Assembly: GCA_964016885.1 (NCBI GenBank)
Contig: OZ024740.1
Coordinates: 173,352,001-173,416,000 of the forward strand
Origin: Eledone cirrhosa
Taxonomy: Eukaryota
Direction: 5' to 3'
DNA: 64,000 nt
Both the position numbers and the translations under genes were made by a program. Position 1 is the stretch's first letter. Each line of letters starts with the position of its first letter. Below are positions 51,765 through 63,751 of the stretch, one piece after another. The notes below the pieces were generated by a model. It made no database searches, was not told where the DNA came from, and saw only the letters and a program-made list of their open reading frames with translations.

Positions 51765-54677
51765 TTACTGTTCCAGTTTGGATGTACTTCGGAAGTTTTT
51801 AAGTATTTCTTTGTCTTGAGCACCATTGTTGGGTTCAGAAGAAACATAAACTCGTTCATGTTTCGGTGAAACTGAATAGTTTGGAACTTTATACTCGCTG
51901 TAGTTGTTCTTTGTTTTAGACATCAGCAAATAGTCAATCTCTTCATATATCACGCTGGGTCTGGTAAAGCAGAGATTAACTGGTTGGCTTTCCTTACTCT
52001 CAGGTTCCTTCGCTGGGGAATTGGGCACTACTAACTTGCTGCGTTCATTCGGTTCAAATTGATTAAAATCTTTTCCTTTCTGCTTAGTTTCCCGAGTTTC
52101 AGGAACATTTTGCTCTGGTCTAGAAACTGTTATACAATTTGTATCAACAACTGAAGAGCTATTTTCATTAAATGCAGACACTCCATTCAAGTCATCACAC
52201 TTATCAAAAAAGGATGCATTGGTGTTGTGTTTATTTTGGATTAAAATTGCGTTACTCTCATTTTCTTTCTGATTATTAAATTGGTTTCTATAATCTTTGA
52301 TGTCTAAAGTACTGGAATGTTTATCAAGTGGAATGTCTGAAACTGAATGCCATTCTTGTCTGTTATTTAAAATATTTGATGATTCAAAGTTATTTCTACA
52401 AAAAGGTGGTGTTTTCATACAAAGGTTCTTTGAATCTGTATATGAATTATTACAGTTATAATAATCTAAGTACCTAACGTTTGATGATTCAGTTGTGATG
52501 GATTCTAATGCAGCAGAAGTACTGGCACTATCTTTAAAGGCATTAAAGTTATCCATGCCTAACTTTTCTGTTACTGGGCTATTGACAATTTTGTATGGTA
52601 GACATATTTTTTCGTTATTAGAAACATTCACGTAAGTTGATTTAGAGCTATATATTTCGTTACCATTACCAATACGTGGAAAACCATTGCAGCCGGCCAT
52701 AGAAAAAGTAATATCATTCTTGTCTTTTTGTGGCAACAATGGGTTATAATATCCTATATTATTCCTGACCTGTAGAAGTGGTCTCTCGCAGAAACTGGGA
52801 ACTTTATGTGGTTCGAATTGATGTGGAGGGAATGAAACTAAACTGGTTCTGTTTTCGTAAAAGGGAGTAGAAAATAAACGAGTTTCACTGCCTTGGGTTG
52901 GCATTGAAAAAGTGTTTTTATTATCTTGAACCGTATATACTGCGTCGGCTTTCTGGAACATGTTGTTCCTGAAATTTTCTGACGTTAAGTCGCTATGTCT
53001 TGCTTCAGGTCTAGAGTATTGAACATCTGTATTTTCAGTCAGAAGTGCAGAGGGTTTTGAGGCAACATTATCTACTGCTATTGGTACTAAATGTTGTTTC
53101 GTGTGGTCATGAAGTGATTTACTCGGAGAAAAGTACGCCGAACAATAAATACACTTCATTTTGTGTGATTTTAGATGTTCTTTGAAAATATTTAGATTTT
53201 GGAAAACCTCTCCACAAACTTCACACAAACGGGTCGTACTGGAGGAAATACTATGGGAGTCGTTTTTATTTTGTAATGTTAAATGTTTTTTCTCGTGATC
53301 AAAATAACTATCAGAATTAGTGAAAACTTTCCAGCAGATTTTACAAATAAATGGCAGATTACTAAAGTGACATTTTATATGAGAATTAAGGCTGTAAGCA
53401 CTTATGAATACTCTTCCACAATACTTGCATTGATGAAGCAATGTTGAGTGCTGTTGAAGTTGGTATTCATTCGAGGAAAATTCAGAATAAAAAATAGAAC
53501 TTTTATTATGGCTCTTCTCGTGAATAATCCGTTCCGATTCGTTCTGAAAATTAGCAAAGCAACAACATCGATTTACAGTAGTAGGTTTTAAACTCTTTTC
53601 TGATTTGTTGGTATCCATGCCAACATTTATGCAACTGGAAGTTTGGAAATGTTTGGGGTTGGTTCCCAAATCTGTTTCTCTAGCAGTTTCGTCTGGTTCC
53701 TCTTCGATTGATTCTAAGGTCGATTTAACAGTGTAGTTTTCTGCATGAATCGGCAAGTGCATTTTCAAATGTGTGATTGATAGGAACGTTTGGGAGCAAA
53801 AAGGACATTTTCTAGAGATTCCCTCTTTTATCGTAACCGATTTGAAAGACATTCCGTCAGATTCAATTGTCACATCTTGTTTCTCACAAGCTACTTCGGG
53901 TCTCTTTAATTGAGAACGGCTTCTGAACATTACATCACAATACCTACAGTGAAGTTGTTCCACTGAATGATGGATTAAATGTAATGCAAGCAGATTTCTC
54001 TTAAACCATACACCACAGCGTTCGCATTCTATCATGGAATTGTCAGATCGCATAGTCTTCTTTAAGAAACAAGCAGATCTTTGTAAAAGGACTTTTGATT
54101 TCAACTTTTGCATTATCTTTCGGAAACGGATTATTCTGAAGTTACATGTACTACAAGTTGAGTGTTCTGGAAAATGAATTCTTATATGTGCAACAATGAA
54201 ATTTTTATCAGCTTTAATATTTTTGCAACAGAAAGGACATCGGCAACAATCTGAATTATTATCGATGTTAAGTGATTTCATCAGTTTATCAATATCATTT
54301 GAACAACTTTCGCATTTGGGCGGATGTTGAACATCTTCTATATGACTCTCTAGATGTCTTCCGAGATTCAAACTAATAATAAACGTTTTAGAACAATAGT
54401 CACACACGTAGACGGCTTGTTTTTTATGAGTTCGTGAATGATCAAAAATGCAAGAAATTTCAGAGAATCGTTTCTGACATGTCTTGCACTGGATTGATTT
54501 GAATTTTCGATTGTGTTTCAAAAAGTCAACCATACTGGCCGAGAAACAAATCTTTTGCAAAATATCCCCACATTTTCGGCCATTGTACTTGGATGGAACG
54601 TTTCTATGTTTCATTAAAGATATAAAAGTTGGGAAGTTTCCATCACATCGATTGCACTTGAAATTCAACGAAGTCAT
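51765..54677 (-). CDS. Multi-C2H2 zinc-finger protein (about 970 aa; about 10 intact plus 2 degenerate fingers, long N/S-rich C-terminal region)
   Basis: Uninterrupted ORF with fingers such as CKTC..HSRTH, CDYC..HLESH, CPFC..HLPIH, CKYC..HIKCH, CKIC..HEKKH, CEVC..HLKSH, CIYC..HTKQH. Splice acceptor gttttccag| at 54684 with an ATG 6 nt later, so the TTG start in the ORF track is intronic. An upstream coding exon cannot be excluded. Confidence 0.88.
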   Translation of the reverse strand: MTSLNFKCNRCDGNFPTFISLMKHRNVPSKYNGRKCGDILQKICFSASMVDFLKHNRKFKSIQCKTCQKRFSEISCIFDHSRTHKKQAVYVCDYCSKTFIISLNLGRHLESHIEDVQHPPKCESCSNDIDKLMKSLNIDNNSDCCRCPFCCKNIKADKNFIVAHIRIHFPEHSTCSTCNFRIIRFRKIMQKLKSKVLLQRSACFLKKTMRSDNSMIECERCGVWFKRNLLALHLIHHSVEQLHCRYCDVMFRSRSQLKRPEVACEKQDVTIESDGMSFKSVTIKEGISRKCPFCSQTFLSITHLKMHLPIHAENYTVKSTLESIEEEPDETARETDLGTNPKHFQTSSCINVGMDTNKSEKSLKPTTVNRCCCFANFQNESERIIHEKSHNKSSIFYSEFSSNEYQLQQHSTLLHQCKYCGRVFISAYSLNSHIKCHFSNLPFICKICWKVFTNSDSYFDHEKKHLTLQNKNDSHSISSSTTRLCEVCGEVFQNLNIFKEHLKSHKMKCIYCSAYFSPSKSLHDHTKQHLVPIAVDNVASKPSALLTENTDVQYSRPEARHSDLTSENFRNNMFQKADAVYTVQDNKNTFSMPTQGSETRLFSTPFYENRTSLVSFPPHQFEPHKVPSFCERPLLQVRNNIGYYNPLLPQKDKNDITFSMAGCNGFPRIGNGNEIYSSKSTYVNVSNNEKICLPYKIVNSPVTEKLGMDNFNAFKDSASTSAALESITTESSNVRYLDYYNCNNSYTDSKNLCMKTPPFCRNNFESSNILNNRQEWHSVSDIPLDKHSSTLDIKDYRNQFNNQKENESNAILIQNKHNTNASFFDKCDDLNGVSAFNENSSSVVDTNCITVSRPEQNVPETRETKQKGKDFNQFEPNERSKLVVPNSPAKEPESKESQPVNLCFTRPSVIYEEIDYLLMSKTKNNYSEYKVPNYSVSPKHERVYVSSEPNNGAQDKEILKNFRSTSKLEQ

Positions 54678-55784
54678 TCCAATCTGGAAAACAATTACAT
54701 CGTTAAGAAAATTCAAAATAATCCTAATTCCTTCTTAGCAATAACTGGAAATTATAATTGTAAAAATAAAAATATCTATAAACATTATATCAGATTAAAT
54801 AGAAACTGTAAGTTTAGGTCAAACCTCCATAGTGAATGATTAATCGGTGCTAAACCCCATCACAAACAAATTCTAGAATTATTCATGTTGTCTCACTGTG
54901 CACTCATGCGTTACCATTTTAGTGAACGGAAATAAAGTTACAGGAAAACACAGTACATTTCATTTAGATATTATAAATAATATTTAAAATAATTAAAAAT
55001 ACTTTTTAAAACTTTATAACTGACAATACATAAGTTGTATACAATGACAACACAATCTTATATGATATTAATGCGTCGACGTGTGTGTGTATATATATAA
55101 AACAGAAGAAAAAAATCTTTTCTATCAGCTTCTCTATTCTCTAAATAAGTCGAAATTCGCATCTCGATGAAGTAATGTTCAAGTTTATACCTTCTCTTGT
55201 CTGTTAGTTCAGTCAGTCAAGAAATAAAATATGTAAGGCAAACTGAGGGGAAAAAATATATTTATTTAATAGAAAAATTATATTTATTTGAAAACACCGC
55301 AGAATAAAATATGCCAGTGAGGGTTTATATCGTTCTATCAAGAAAGTATTTCACCTATTTGCTGTTTTTAACATAAGCGATTCGCTACACAGCCCTCTCC
55401 TAAAGTTACGACTACATGCTATCCGAGAGTCAATAGAAAATCTTTTCTTTTAATTGAAAGTCGATACTACTGTACTTCGAATGGGGGGGGGGGGGCAATT
55501 ATGTCACTGTTTATCAAGTCAGTCGTCGTTTCAGAAGCTGGTTCGTATCCACTCTGTTTAATCACGTCGGGGGTCACTACCACTTTAGAGAATAAATGAT
55601 GTATTAAATCAAATAAATCGCAAAACCGAATAAGGCAGTGCGAGTTCGTATCACTCGCACTTCAAACATGTATTTTTCTCTGTTCCTTTTCGTTCATTTG
55701 TTTGGTTTTGGGGGTTTTTTTTAATTTTTTAGTAATTATAGTGAAATTTTATTCAAATAAAATGAAATAGAAATATAATAATAA

Positions 55785-56737
55785 TAATACAATGCTTACA
55801 GAACGACTGCACAAACGAATATAATATAAGGGAAGGTGGAGACAACCGAGCCACTACCAGAGCAAAAGATAGCATTATCACTAGAAGCACTCGGAAACCT
55901 CTGTGATGATTTTGAGGCAAGCCAGCACGCTCGCAGCGTTACCTCGGGTGATGGCCAGGCTGATGCGTTGGAACAACCAAGCGCCCTCGCGAGATTCACC
56001 AGTTACCTCTGTTAGGTGAGCCGCCAGTGAAGATAGGAATCTCGCAGTCAGCAACCCGACTCCCCCGAACGTCTCGAACGCCACAGGCTGGAAAATGTAG
56101 TTGGCCAACAAATACAGTATTTTAGGATTTTGCTCCGTTCGGCTGCTGAAGCTGTGGCTCTCGCCCTAACCGCAGCATCCAGGATGTGGGAAGAAGCAAA
56201 AGAGTCATTAACTGCGACGTCCCAGACAAGGCTTCTCGACCAGGGGCACAGGGTAAGGTCGTCAGGTCTTTTCCCATCACAACTGACAGCCCTGATGGTT
56301 CCAAGATTGAGGGGATGTTCGCCCGTGCCAAAGCTCTCTTGAAAATAAGGTTTAGCTCCGTGTGACGCGCGAAGCGACCGGCATTCGGGCGGCAAGAAAG
56401 ACCGTGGAGGCCTGTGGAGTCGAGAAGTCTTCCACATTGGCAACTCAAACCCGTACAGACGTCAGCTCCCACTCTGAGGGCAATGGAGACACGAAGTTCG
56501 TCCAAAATGAGTAGGCAACCAACGTTAGCCATGGGTAGGGCATCAACCCAGTCACCTGAGTATTTGGCACTGGCAGATAGTAAGCGGCACCTTGAAAACT
56601 GATCCGACTGCATGGTGACCTTCGAATTTATGCTGTCCCAAGCTCTCTGACTTCGACTGTCCTCCACCTTCTCAGGAACAGACAAGCCCAACTCACTCCA
56701 TTATTGGAGAGCTTCATCCAACTTCGGCTGGCTCTTT
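55785..56737 (-). mobile_element. CRE-clade retrotransposon, 5'-truncated (zinc knuckle plus RLE)
   Basis: CQCGRLLDSTGLHGLSC, ARHTELN, DGKRPDDLTLCPW, LVWDVAV, FQPVAFETFG, LFQRISLAITRGNAASVL. Frameshifted. Confidence 0.82.
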
Positions 56738-56849
56738 GAATTACAGATACATTTCATTTGGAGCAACGTGAAATAAAGTCTTGCACAAGGACACAACACG
56801 CCACGCGGTCTGATCAATTTTTTTATAATCATTGAAAGTTAAATATAAT

Positions 56850-57430
56850 ATTTGTTTCTGATTTAGGCACTAGGCCAGCAATTTGAACCCGTACGAATGA
56901 AAGGCAAAGCTAACCTCGACGGGACTTTAATTCAGAGTGTAAAAGGACGTAACTATATGCTGCAAAGCATGATGTCTGACGCTCTACCGATACTGCCAAT
57001 CTACTGCCCTAAAGTTAAATATAATAATTGTTTTTACTTTTGGCACAAGGCCAGCAATCATTCCAGTGCATTACTGGTACTTTATTTTGTCGACCCCGTG
57101 AGGATGAAAGGCAAAATTAATCTCGGCCGGATTTGAACTCAGACCGTAAAAGGGCGTAACTCTGTGTTGCAAAGCATGGCGTCCGACCCTCTACCGATAC
57201 TGCCAATTCACGGCCATTGTTAAATATAATAATAGAAATTGATTTGATATATAATAATTGTTTCTACTTTTGGCACAAGGCCAGTAATTATCCCAGTGCA
57301 TTACTGGTACTTTATTTTATCGACCTTGTAAGGATGAAAGGCAAAGTTAACCTCGGCGGGATTTGAACTCAGACCATAAAGGGCCGTAACTCTTTGCTGC
57401 AAAGCATGGCGTCCGACCCTCTATCGATAC
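56850..57430 (-). mobile_element. Three tandem Meta-type SINE copies
   Basis: Three consecutive tail-core-head reverse complements separated by AAT-rich linkers. Confidence 0.85.
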
Positions 57431-58179
57431 AATAATAGAAAATAATTTGATGTCCCAATCTCTCGCGTATCATCTTACTAGGTACCTTTGTTGTAGCTTT
57501 CGTGAATTTATTGTAGGACTTTATATTAATACGAACAATATTAAACCCTGGAATTCCTTTTATAAAAGTACATTTTGTGTGACCTGAATATTGGAGTTTC
57601 CATCTTCTATCCAAATCTACAATACTAGAGTCACGAAACAGTAGTATCTGGCCTTCTCCACTAGTTCCTGCTCCTTACCTATAAACGTTGTAACGTTACA
57701 GCTGAGAATTAAGGTTTGCTCCCTCTTGTAATCTCGGGATATGCAACCTTATTGCGTCGATCACACGCCTCCCAGAACAGGTTGCAGGCACATCGCCAGT
57801 TTTTGCAGCGTTGGATGGAGACTAATATATTTTTCGAAGAAGCCCTTCTACCGAAGGCCTGAACACGTCTGTTGTTACCCCTGTGCGAAGAACAATGCAG
57901 AATAAATTCTTTTATTGCATCTAATCATATTGCAGTGTTTTTGGTGGTCTTATTCGCACTTGTCACCAATTTGGTATTTTTCTCGGGCCCGTGAAGACAA
58001 GGCTTTTTTTTAGAAGCGGCCTTTACTCGCTTCGTTGTAACTACATCACTGGATTGTGAAAGTTTTCATAGAAGCTAAGTGTCACCCATTACCTCCATCC
58101 TCCTTAGTAGTTTACCGCTTTTGTTCCGGAGTTGCTTGTTCATCCGGCAGGAGCCTGCTTATATTGCAACTAACCATCA

Positions 58180-58300
58180 TATCTAGTGGCGATATCGCTA
58201 TCAGCCATGCTGCGAGCGTGTTGGCTTGCCTTTAAAATTTCCGATGACCCTTGTGGTGTGTCACCGATTGACGCACTTAGTGCTGAATTGATGGGGGATG
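58180..58300 (+). mobile_element. CRE 3'-end scrap
   Basis: ctgcgagcgtgttggcttgcc (AASVLAC) followed by a 3' UTR-like sequence resembling the neighbouring copies. Confidence 0.45.
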
Positions 58301-58749
58301 GGGGTGGGGGTGCTCTCGCGTTGATGTGTTTTTGTGTATTATATTTATAAGGTTCCTAGCAATAATTAATTGACTTTGTGTATGTACTGCTATTTAATCT
58401 TATATATTTGTAATATTTATACAATTGTGAATAAAATAAAGCCTGAAATGTCTACAAAATAAGTATTAGTCAAGAACTAACGTTGATTTTCATCTACTCT
58501 TCCCTACATCAATTTTCTGGCTTCTTATAAAAAAAATTTTATACACATATTAGATAAATCTGAACCTACAAAGAATGGAGTAATATATAGCACCAATGTA
58601 TGTGAATGGAGGTAAACGCCACACAGAGACGATTTCACTTGAATATTCGTACTTTTCCAGCGGTATTATCGATTAAAGAATGATAATTACAAAGTTAACA
58701 AACGAGAATTGAAAGTTATAGGAAAATATATTTTCAAGATAGCTATAAT

Positions 58750-59725
58750 AAAAAATATAATAATATAATGCTTACAGAACGAAAACACAAAGACATAATA
58801 TATACAAATATAAATGCAAAAAGAGAGATAAAAAAACATTAAAAAAGAAGGGGGGGGGGGGGCAATTCACCATTAAGTGTGACAATCGACCGCACATCAC
58901 ATAAGAGTTAACTAAACACTGAGGCAAACCAACACGCTCGCAGCATTACCACGGGTGATGGCGAGGCGAAGGCGCTGAAATAACCAGGCACCCTCGCGGG
59001 CATCACCTGACGCCTCGGTATGACGGGCCGTTAGCGATGACAAGAACTTCGTTGTGAGCGGCCCAACTTCACCAAACGTCACGAACGCCACAGGCTGGAA
59101 ATAATAATTACCGGAATAATCCGGGTATTTCCGAATTTTATTTCATTCCGCAACGGAAGCAGTGACTCCCATGTTTACTGCGGCATCAATGGTGTGGGAG
59201 GAAGCAAACGAGTCACTCACTGTGGCGTCCGAAATGAGATACCTACCTCTTTCCCAGGGACAAAGAGTAAGACCGTCTGGACTCTTCCCATCACTTCTGG
59301 ATAATTTAGCCAGCTCCAGAACTGAGGGGATATTTTCCCGAGCTAGGGTCTGCTTAATGATCAGGTTTAACTCGCTGTGGCGGGCAAAACGACCAGCATT
59401 CAGGCGGCAGGACAAACCATGTAGACCCGTGGATTCGAGGGACCTACCACAGTGGCATCTCAGATCCCCACAGATGTTGGCTCCGACTCGAAGTACAATG
59501 GAAATGCAAAAGAGAGAGTTGAAAGTTTCCCTTGAACTCAAATTGTCCTATACTCTCTGCTTCCGCCTATCCTCATCAGTAACGAGAACTGTCAAACCCA
59601 GCTCTCCTCACTGTAGTAAAGCTTCATCCAACTCTCTGGTGGAACTAGTCCAAATTGGGAAGGAGAGGATGTCACCAACTAAAGGGGAGCAAGCGTGGGT
59701 GGAGGAAAGAAAGCAGGGTTAGAGA
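58750..59725 (-). mobile_element. CRE-clade retrotransposon, 5'-truncated
   Basis: PAF.SSTHACSPLVGDIL, CHCGRSLESTGLHGLSC, SDGKSPDGLTLCPWERGRYLISDATV, QRLRLAITRGNAASVL. Confidence 0.82.
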
Positions 59726-60698
59726 CAACGATGTACATTTACGCAGAACGAGACCTTCAAACCGTTTGGTCGCGGGATTCTGGAAAGAGTCGGACATTGA
59801 CCAAACCCTCGAGCTCACTGAATATGAGGTCTTCGGAGCGTTGGATAGACAGTAGACGTCATTCTATTATAACTAAAAATACAGTTTTTTGTTTGTTTGT
59901 TTTTTAATTTGGTATTGGTTTCAGAATGACTTTATGCATATTCCTTATATGGTCCCAATGTTACTATATCTACGACGCAACGCAATTTTAATTCTTAATC
60001 GAAGACATTTCTTAATATATTTTCAATATGGAAGTCTTAACAACCGTATTCTTCCGAAACACAATTTTTTGAAAATGATGTAATAACGTTCAAAATGGAC
60101 AAGTAACAAAATTGCAATTTTACACGATAGTTCAAATTTCATTATACTAAATGATATACTCGTTTTTAGTATCTTATACCAAAAACATATTTATTTTCCA
60201 ATGACGTTTTCATTCATTGGTACCTTTTAAAAAAATGGAAGTATAATTTTATCACGTTTACCTTTTCTTTATCTGACGCTTTCGTGATGTTTAAGTCACA
60301 ACGACCGCGAATGAAATTAGCGTCTCTTGTTTGAATTCCTTTTATTCCTTAACAACAACAAAAAGTTTCGCTTTTTCATTTCCTTTTTCAATGTGAAAGC
60401 ATAACGGGTAAAATTATGGTGAGTTGTTATAAGAAGCAAAACAAAACACTTACTGGTACTGAGAAACGTTTATCCATATTCGGAAGTGGGCGTTAGGCAG
60501 AGAAAACTAGGGCGTTCCCGTGGAAGCACGATTGTCAGGGTCGTTACAATATTGGGCAAAAATTTTTGTGGCAATTGGTTACGGTCCTCTACATTTTGAG
60601 TTCAAATCCCCATCACAGTCAAGTTTCCCTTTCATTATTCTGGGTTCGATATTAAAAACATCAGTCAAATATTGTGTCGATTTTATATTCTTCTAAAA

Positions 60699-62194
60699 CA
60701 GAGGTCCTCAAACTTTTGGGGGCACTTCCCCACTCCCTCACGGCCTCGTAATACCCTCAGCGCCCCCAACCCTATTTTCAGAGAGACCTGCCTACACGCA
60801 AATTGTAAATAACATATAATAAATAAAACCATTAAAATAATATAAGAAGGGTCGTTCTACTTGGGATTATTTATTTACATTACAGAATGATTTTAAAATT
60901 GTATAAATTTACAGTAAAATAATATTGCAAATATGTTTTAAATATATACATAAACAACATTACAAATGCGTAAATAATATTATAAATTGCTCGCAATTCG
61001 TTCAGAAGGACATTACAAATATAATGTCTAAACCGAGTATAAAAATATAATAATATAATTCATTGAACAATAATGATAAAGGAAAGAAAAAAAAAAGGGG
61101 GGGGGGGGGGGGGGAATTCACCATCAAGCGTGACAATCTGCAACACCTCATTTGAGGGTTAACTGCACACTTTCAGGCAAGCCAACATGCTCGCAGCATT
61201 ACCACGGGTGATGGCGAGGCTAAGGCGCTGAAATAACCGGGCACCCTCACGGGTAGCACCTGACACCTCAGTAAGGTGAGCCGCCAGTGATAACGAGAAC
61301 TTCGCTGTCAGAGGCCGAACGTCTTGAACGCCACAGGCTGAAAAAAATATTTGATAGGTCCTGGTATTTCCAAATTTTATTCCATTCGGCAGCAGCAGTG
61401 ATCACCATCCATGATGTGGGGGGGAGCAAAAGAGTCACTGACTGTGACATCCCAGATGAGACACCTACCTTCACCAAGGGACAAAGGGTAAGACCATCTG
61501 ATCTCTTCCCATCACTTCTGGATAAACCAGCCAGTTCCAGATCTGTGGGGATATTTGATGATCAGGTTTAGCTCGGTGTGATGAGCAAAACAACCAGCAT
61601 TCAGGCGGCAGGACAAACCATGTAAACCTGTGGAGTCGAGGGACCTACCACAGTGGCATCTCAGACCTCCACAGATATCAGCTCCCTCACAAAGTGCAAT
61701 GGAGATGCAGAGTTCGTCCTGACTGAGAAGGCCACAAATGTTGGCCATAGGCAGAGCTTCAATCCAGTCCCCCGAGAACTTTGCGCTAGCAGAAAGTAAG
61801 CGGCACCTAGAAAATTGATCGGAAAGATCAAAGAGAGAGTTGAAAGTTTCCCTTGAACACAGATTTTCCCATACTCTCTGCTTTTGTCTATCCTCATCAG
61901 TAACTGGGACTCTCCACTGTAGTAAAGCTCATCCCACACCCTGGTGGAACTAGTCCAAGTTGGAAAAGAGAGGATGTCACCCACCAAAGGGGAGCAAGCG
62001 TGGATGAATATATACTATGTATAAATAAATAAATATATATTTTTATTTTACTATATTTATATATAATATGTATCATTTGATATTTAATATACTATTATAT
62101 CATCTCTACTGCACCCCCACCCCTGCCCTCGTAGGTTCCAGCAGATCCTCTTAATGCCCCCTGGGGACGGTAGCGCCCACTTTGAGAACCTCTA
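60699..62194. mobile_element. hAT-superfamily non-autonomous element containing a CRE copy
   Basis: TIRs CAGAGGTCCTCAAAC / CTTTGAGAACCTCTA and a perfect 8-bp TSD TTCTAAAA at 60691-60698 and 62195-62202. Confidence 0.82.
61000..62004 (-). mobile_element. CRE-clade retrotransposon, 5'-truncated, nested in the hAT element
   Basis: Same motifs as the 59-kb copy (CHCGRSLDSTGLHGLSC..AITRGNAASML), including the G/A homopolymer 3' UTR. Confidence 0.82.
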
Positions 62195-63217
62195 TTCTAA
62201 AACATCATAGATGTGAATAGAAAGTAGGAATCTGACAAAGAGAATGTAGTGTCCATGTAGGAAAGAAGTAAGCTCTCTTCAAACCAGATATATGACCCGA
62301 ATACATCCAACAAAGTAAAACAACTGAAGACACCCAAGAACAAAGTGGTGATATTAATCCGTGTCATGGATTAAGTCTACCCAGAATGCAAATGGCTGGA
62401 ACAAATAAAGCAAGTCATCTCGTCCTAGACTCTAATAATTCTGCTAATCCGTTGCTCTAGACTAGTACTTTATTTTATCAACAACAAAACGATGAAAAAC
62501 ATAGTTGACCACAGTAAGTTTTGAACTCAGAGCACACATAATCTGGGCAAGTCCTGCAGTAACGATTCTGCTAATTTGCCACCTCAGAAACGACTTTGGA
62601 AATGTAGCTTTTTAATTACATTTTTAAAAATCAATAAAATTTCTGAATATTAATTCTGAGTTTGTTTCCCTCTTTTAATCACTGAAATTTTTGAAAACAT
62701 AAAAGTTTTTGTAGGACGCCATAATCTCCACAACTCATGATTTACATAATTAAACATTGGGGAATACATTAAATACTGAGATTATTGATTAATTGTTTGA
62801 AACATTTAAAAATAATTTCTGAATATCTTGGAATCAGTTTCAATGTTAATCTTCCCTCTGAAAAGGTAAGAAACCTCATCAAAACCTTTAAGAATTACAT
62901 TTTCTGGTTAATATGATTTCAATGTCAACATAATCAGGACTCTCTCTCTCTTCAATGTTTTGTGTATGAGTATGAATTGGTTGTTTAATAGTAAAGTTTG
63001 TTTTAAATGAAGTTTAATGAGGCTGGTTAAATAAACAGAAAAAGAAAGAATGAATGCAGCGTGTAGAATGAGATGGTTAATTTACAACTACATCATAATA
63101 AAAAGTCATTCTCCATCTGCAATGATTGTAAGAAAGGTATGTAGGAACGTCATACTGTCGTATTTTTTCAGTATATAGATATGAGATATTCTGTATATGA
63201 TTACGAAGGATCATGCC

Positions 63218-63340
63218 ATTCTGAGTTCAAATCCCGCCGAGGTTAACTTTGCCTTTCATCCTTACGGGGTCGATAAAATAAAGTACCAGTAATGTACTGG
63301 GTAATTTTCTGGCCTTGTGCCAATAGTAGAAACAATTATT
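63218..63340 (+). mobile_element. 5'-truncated Meta-type SINE
   Basis: B-box, core and tail are close to the consensus of the other copies. Confidence 0.85.
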
Positions 63341-63398
63341 TTAAACTAGAGTAACTACATAACAGATTACTCCTCTATTATATATATATATAATCATA

Positions 63399-63748
63399 TG
63401 GAGGCACATGGCTTAGTGGTTAGAGCATTGGCCTTGCAATCGAAAGGTTGTGAGTTCAATTCTCAGACTGGGTGATGTGTTGTTTCCTTGAGCAAGACAC
63501 TTTATTTCACATTGCTCCAGTTTACTCAGCTGTAGAAATGAGATGATAGGGACTGAGGTCCTTATCATTCCACTGTAAAGTGGTCGTGGAGGTGCCACGG
63601 CAATAAAGCACCCAGCACTCACTGTAAATGAGGTTGGTGTTAGGAAGGGCATCCAGCTGTAGAAATCAAGCCAGAATCAGTTCCCGTCCCACCCTTGCAA
63701 GCAGGGAAAAGCGGACGTAAAATGAAATGAAGATGATGATGATGATGA
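63399..63748 (+). mobile_element. Full-length tRNA-derived CORE-type SINE with (GAT)n tail
   Basis: A-box tggcttagtggttagagc, B-box gagttcaattc, CORE-like tccttgagcaagacactt, and 3' aggaagggcatccagctgtagaaa..gatgatgat. Confidence 0.8.
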
Positions 63749-63751
63749 TAT

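Noticed and set aside
51626-51859. Overlapping 77-aa frame suggesting a frameshifted C-terminal extension of the zinc-finger protein
   Set aside because: No slippery site or homology evidence is visible. It cannot be distinguished from chance without transcripts.
59162-59722. 186-aa plus-strand ORF (also 30916-31260 minus and 9965-10372 minus)
   Set aside because: Antisense shadows of CRE, host exon or LINE coding sequence.
63399-63475. tRNA gene
   Set aside because: A and B boxes are present but there is no proper acceptor stem, and it continues into a SINE body and (GAT)n tail.
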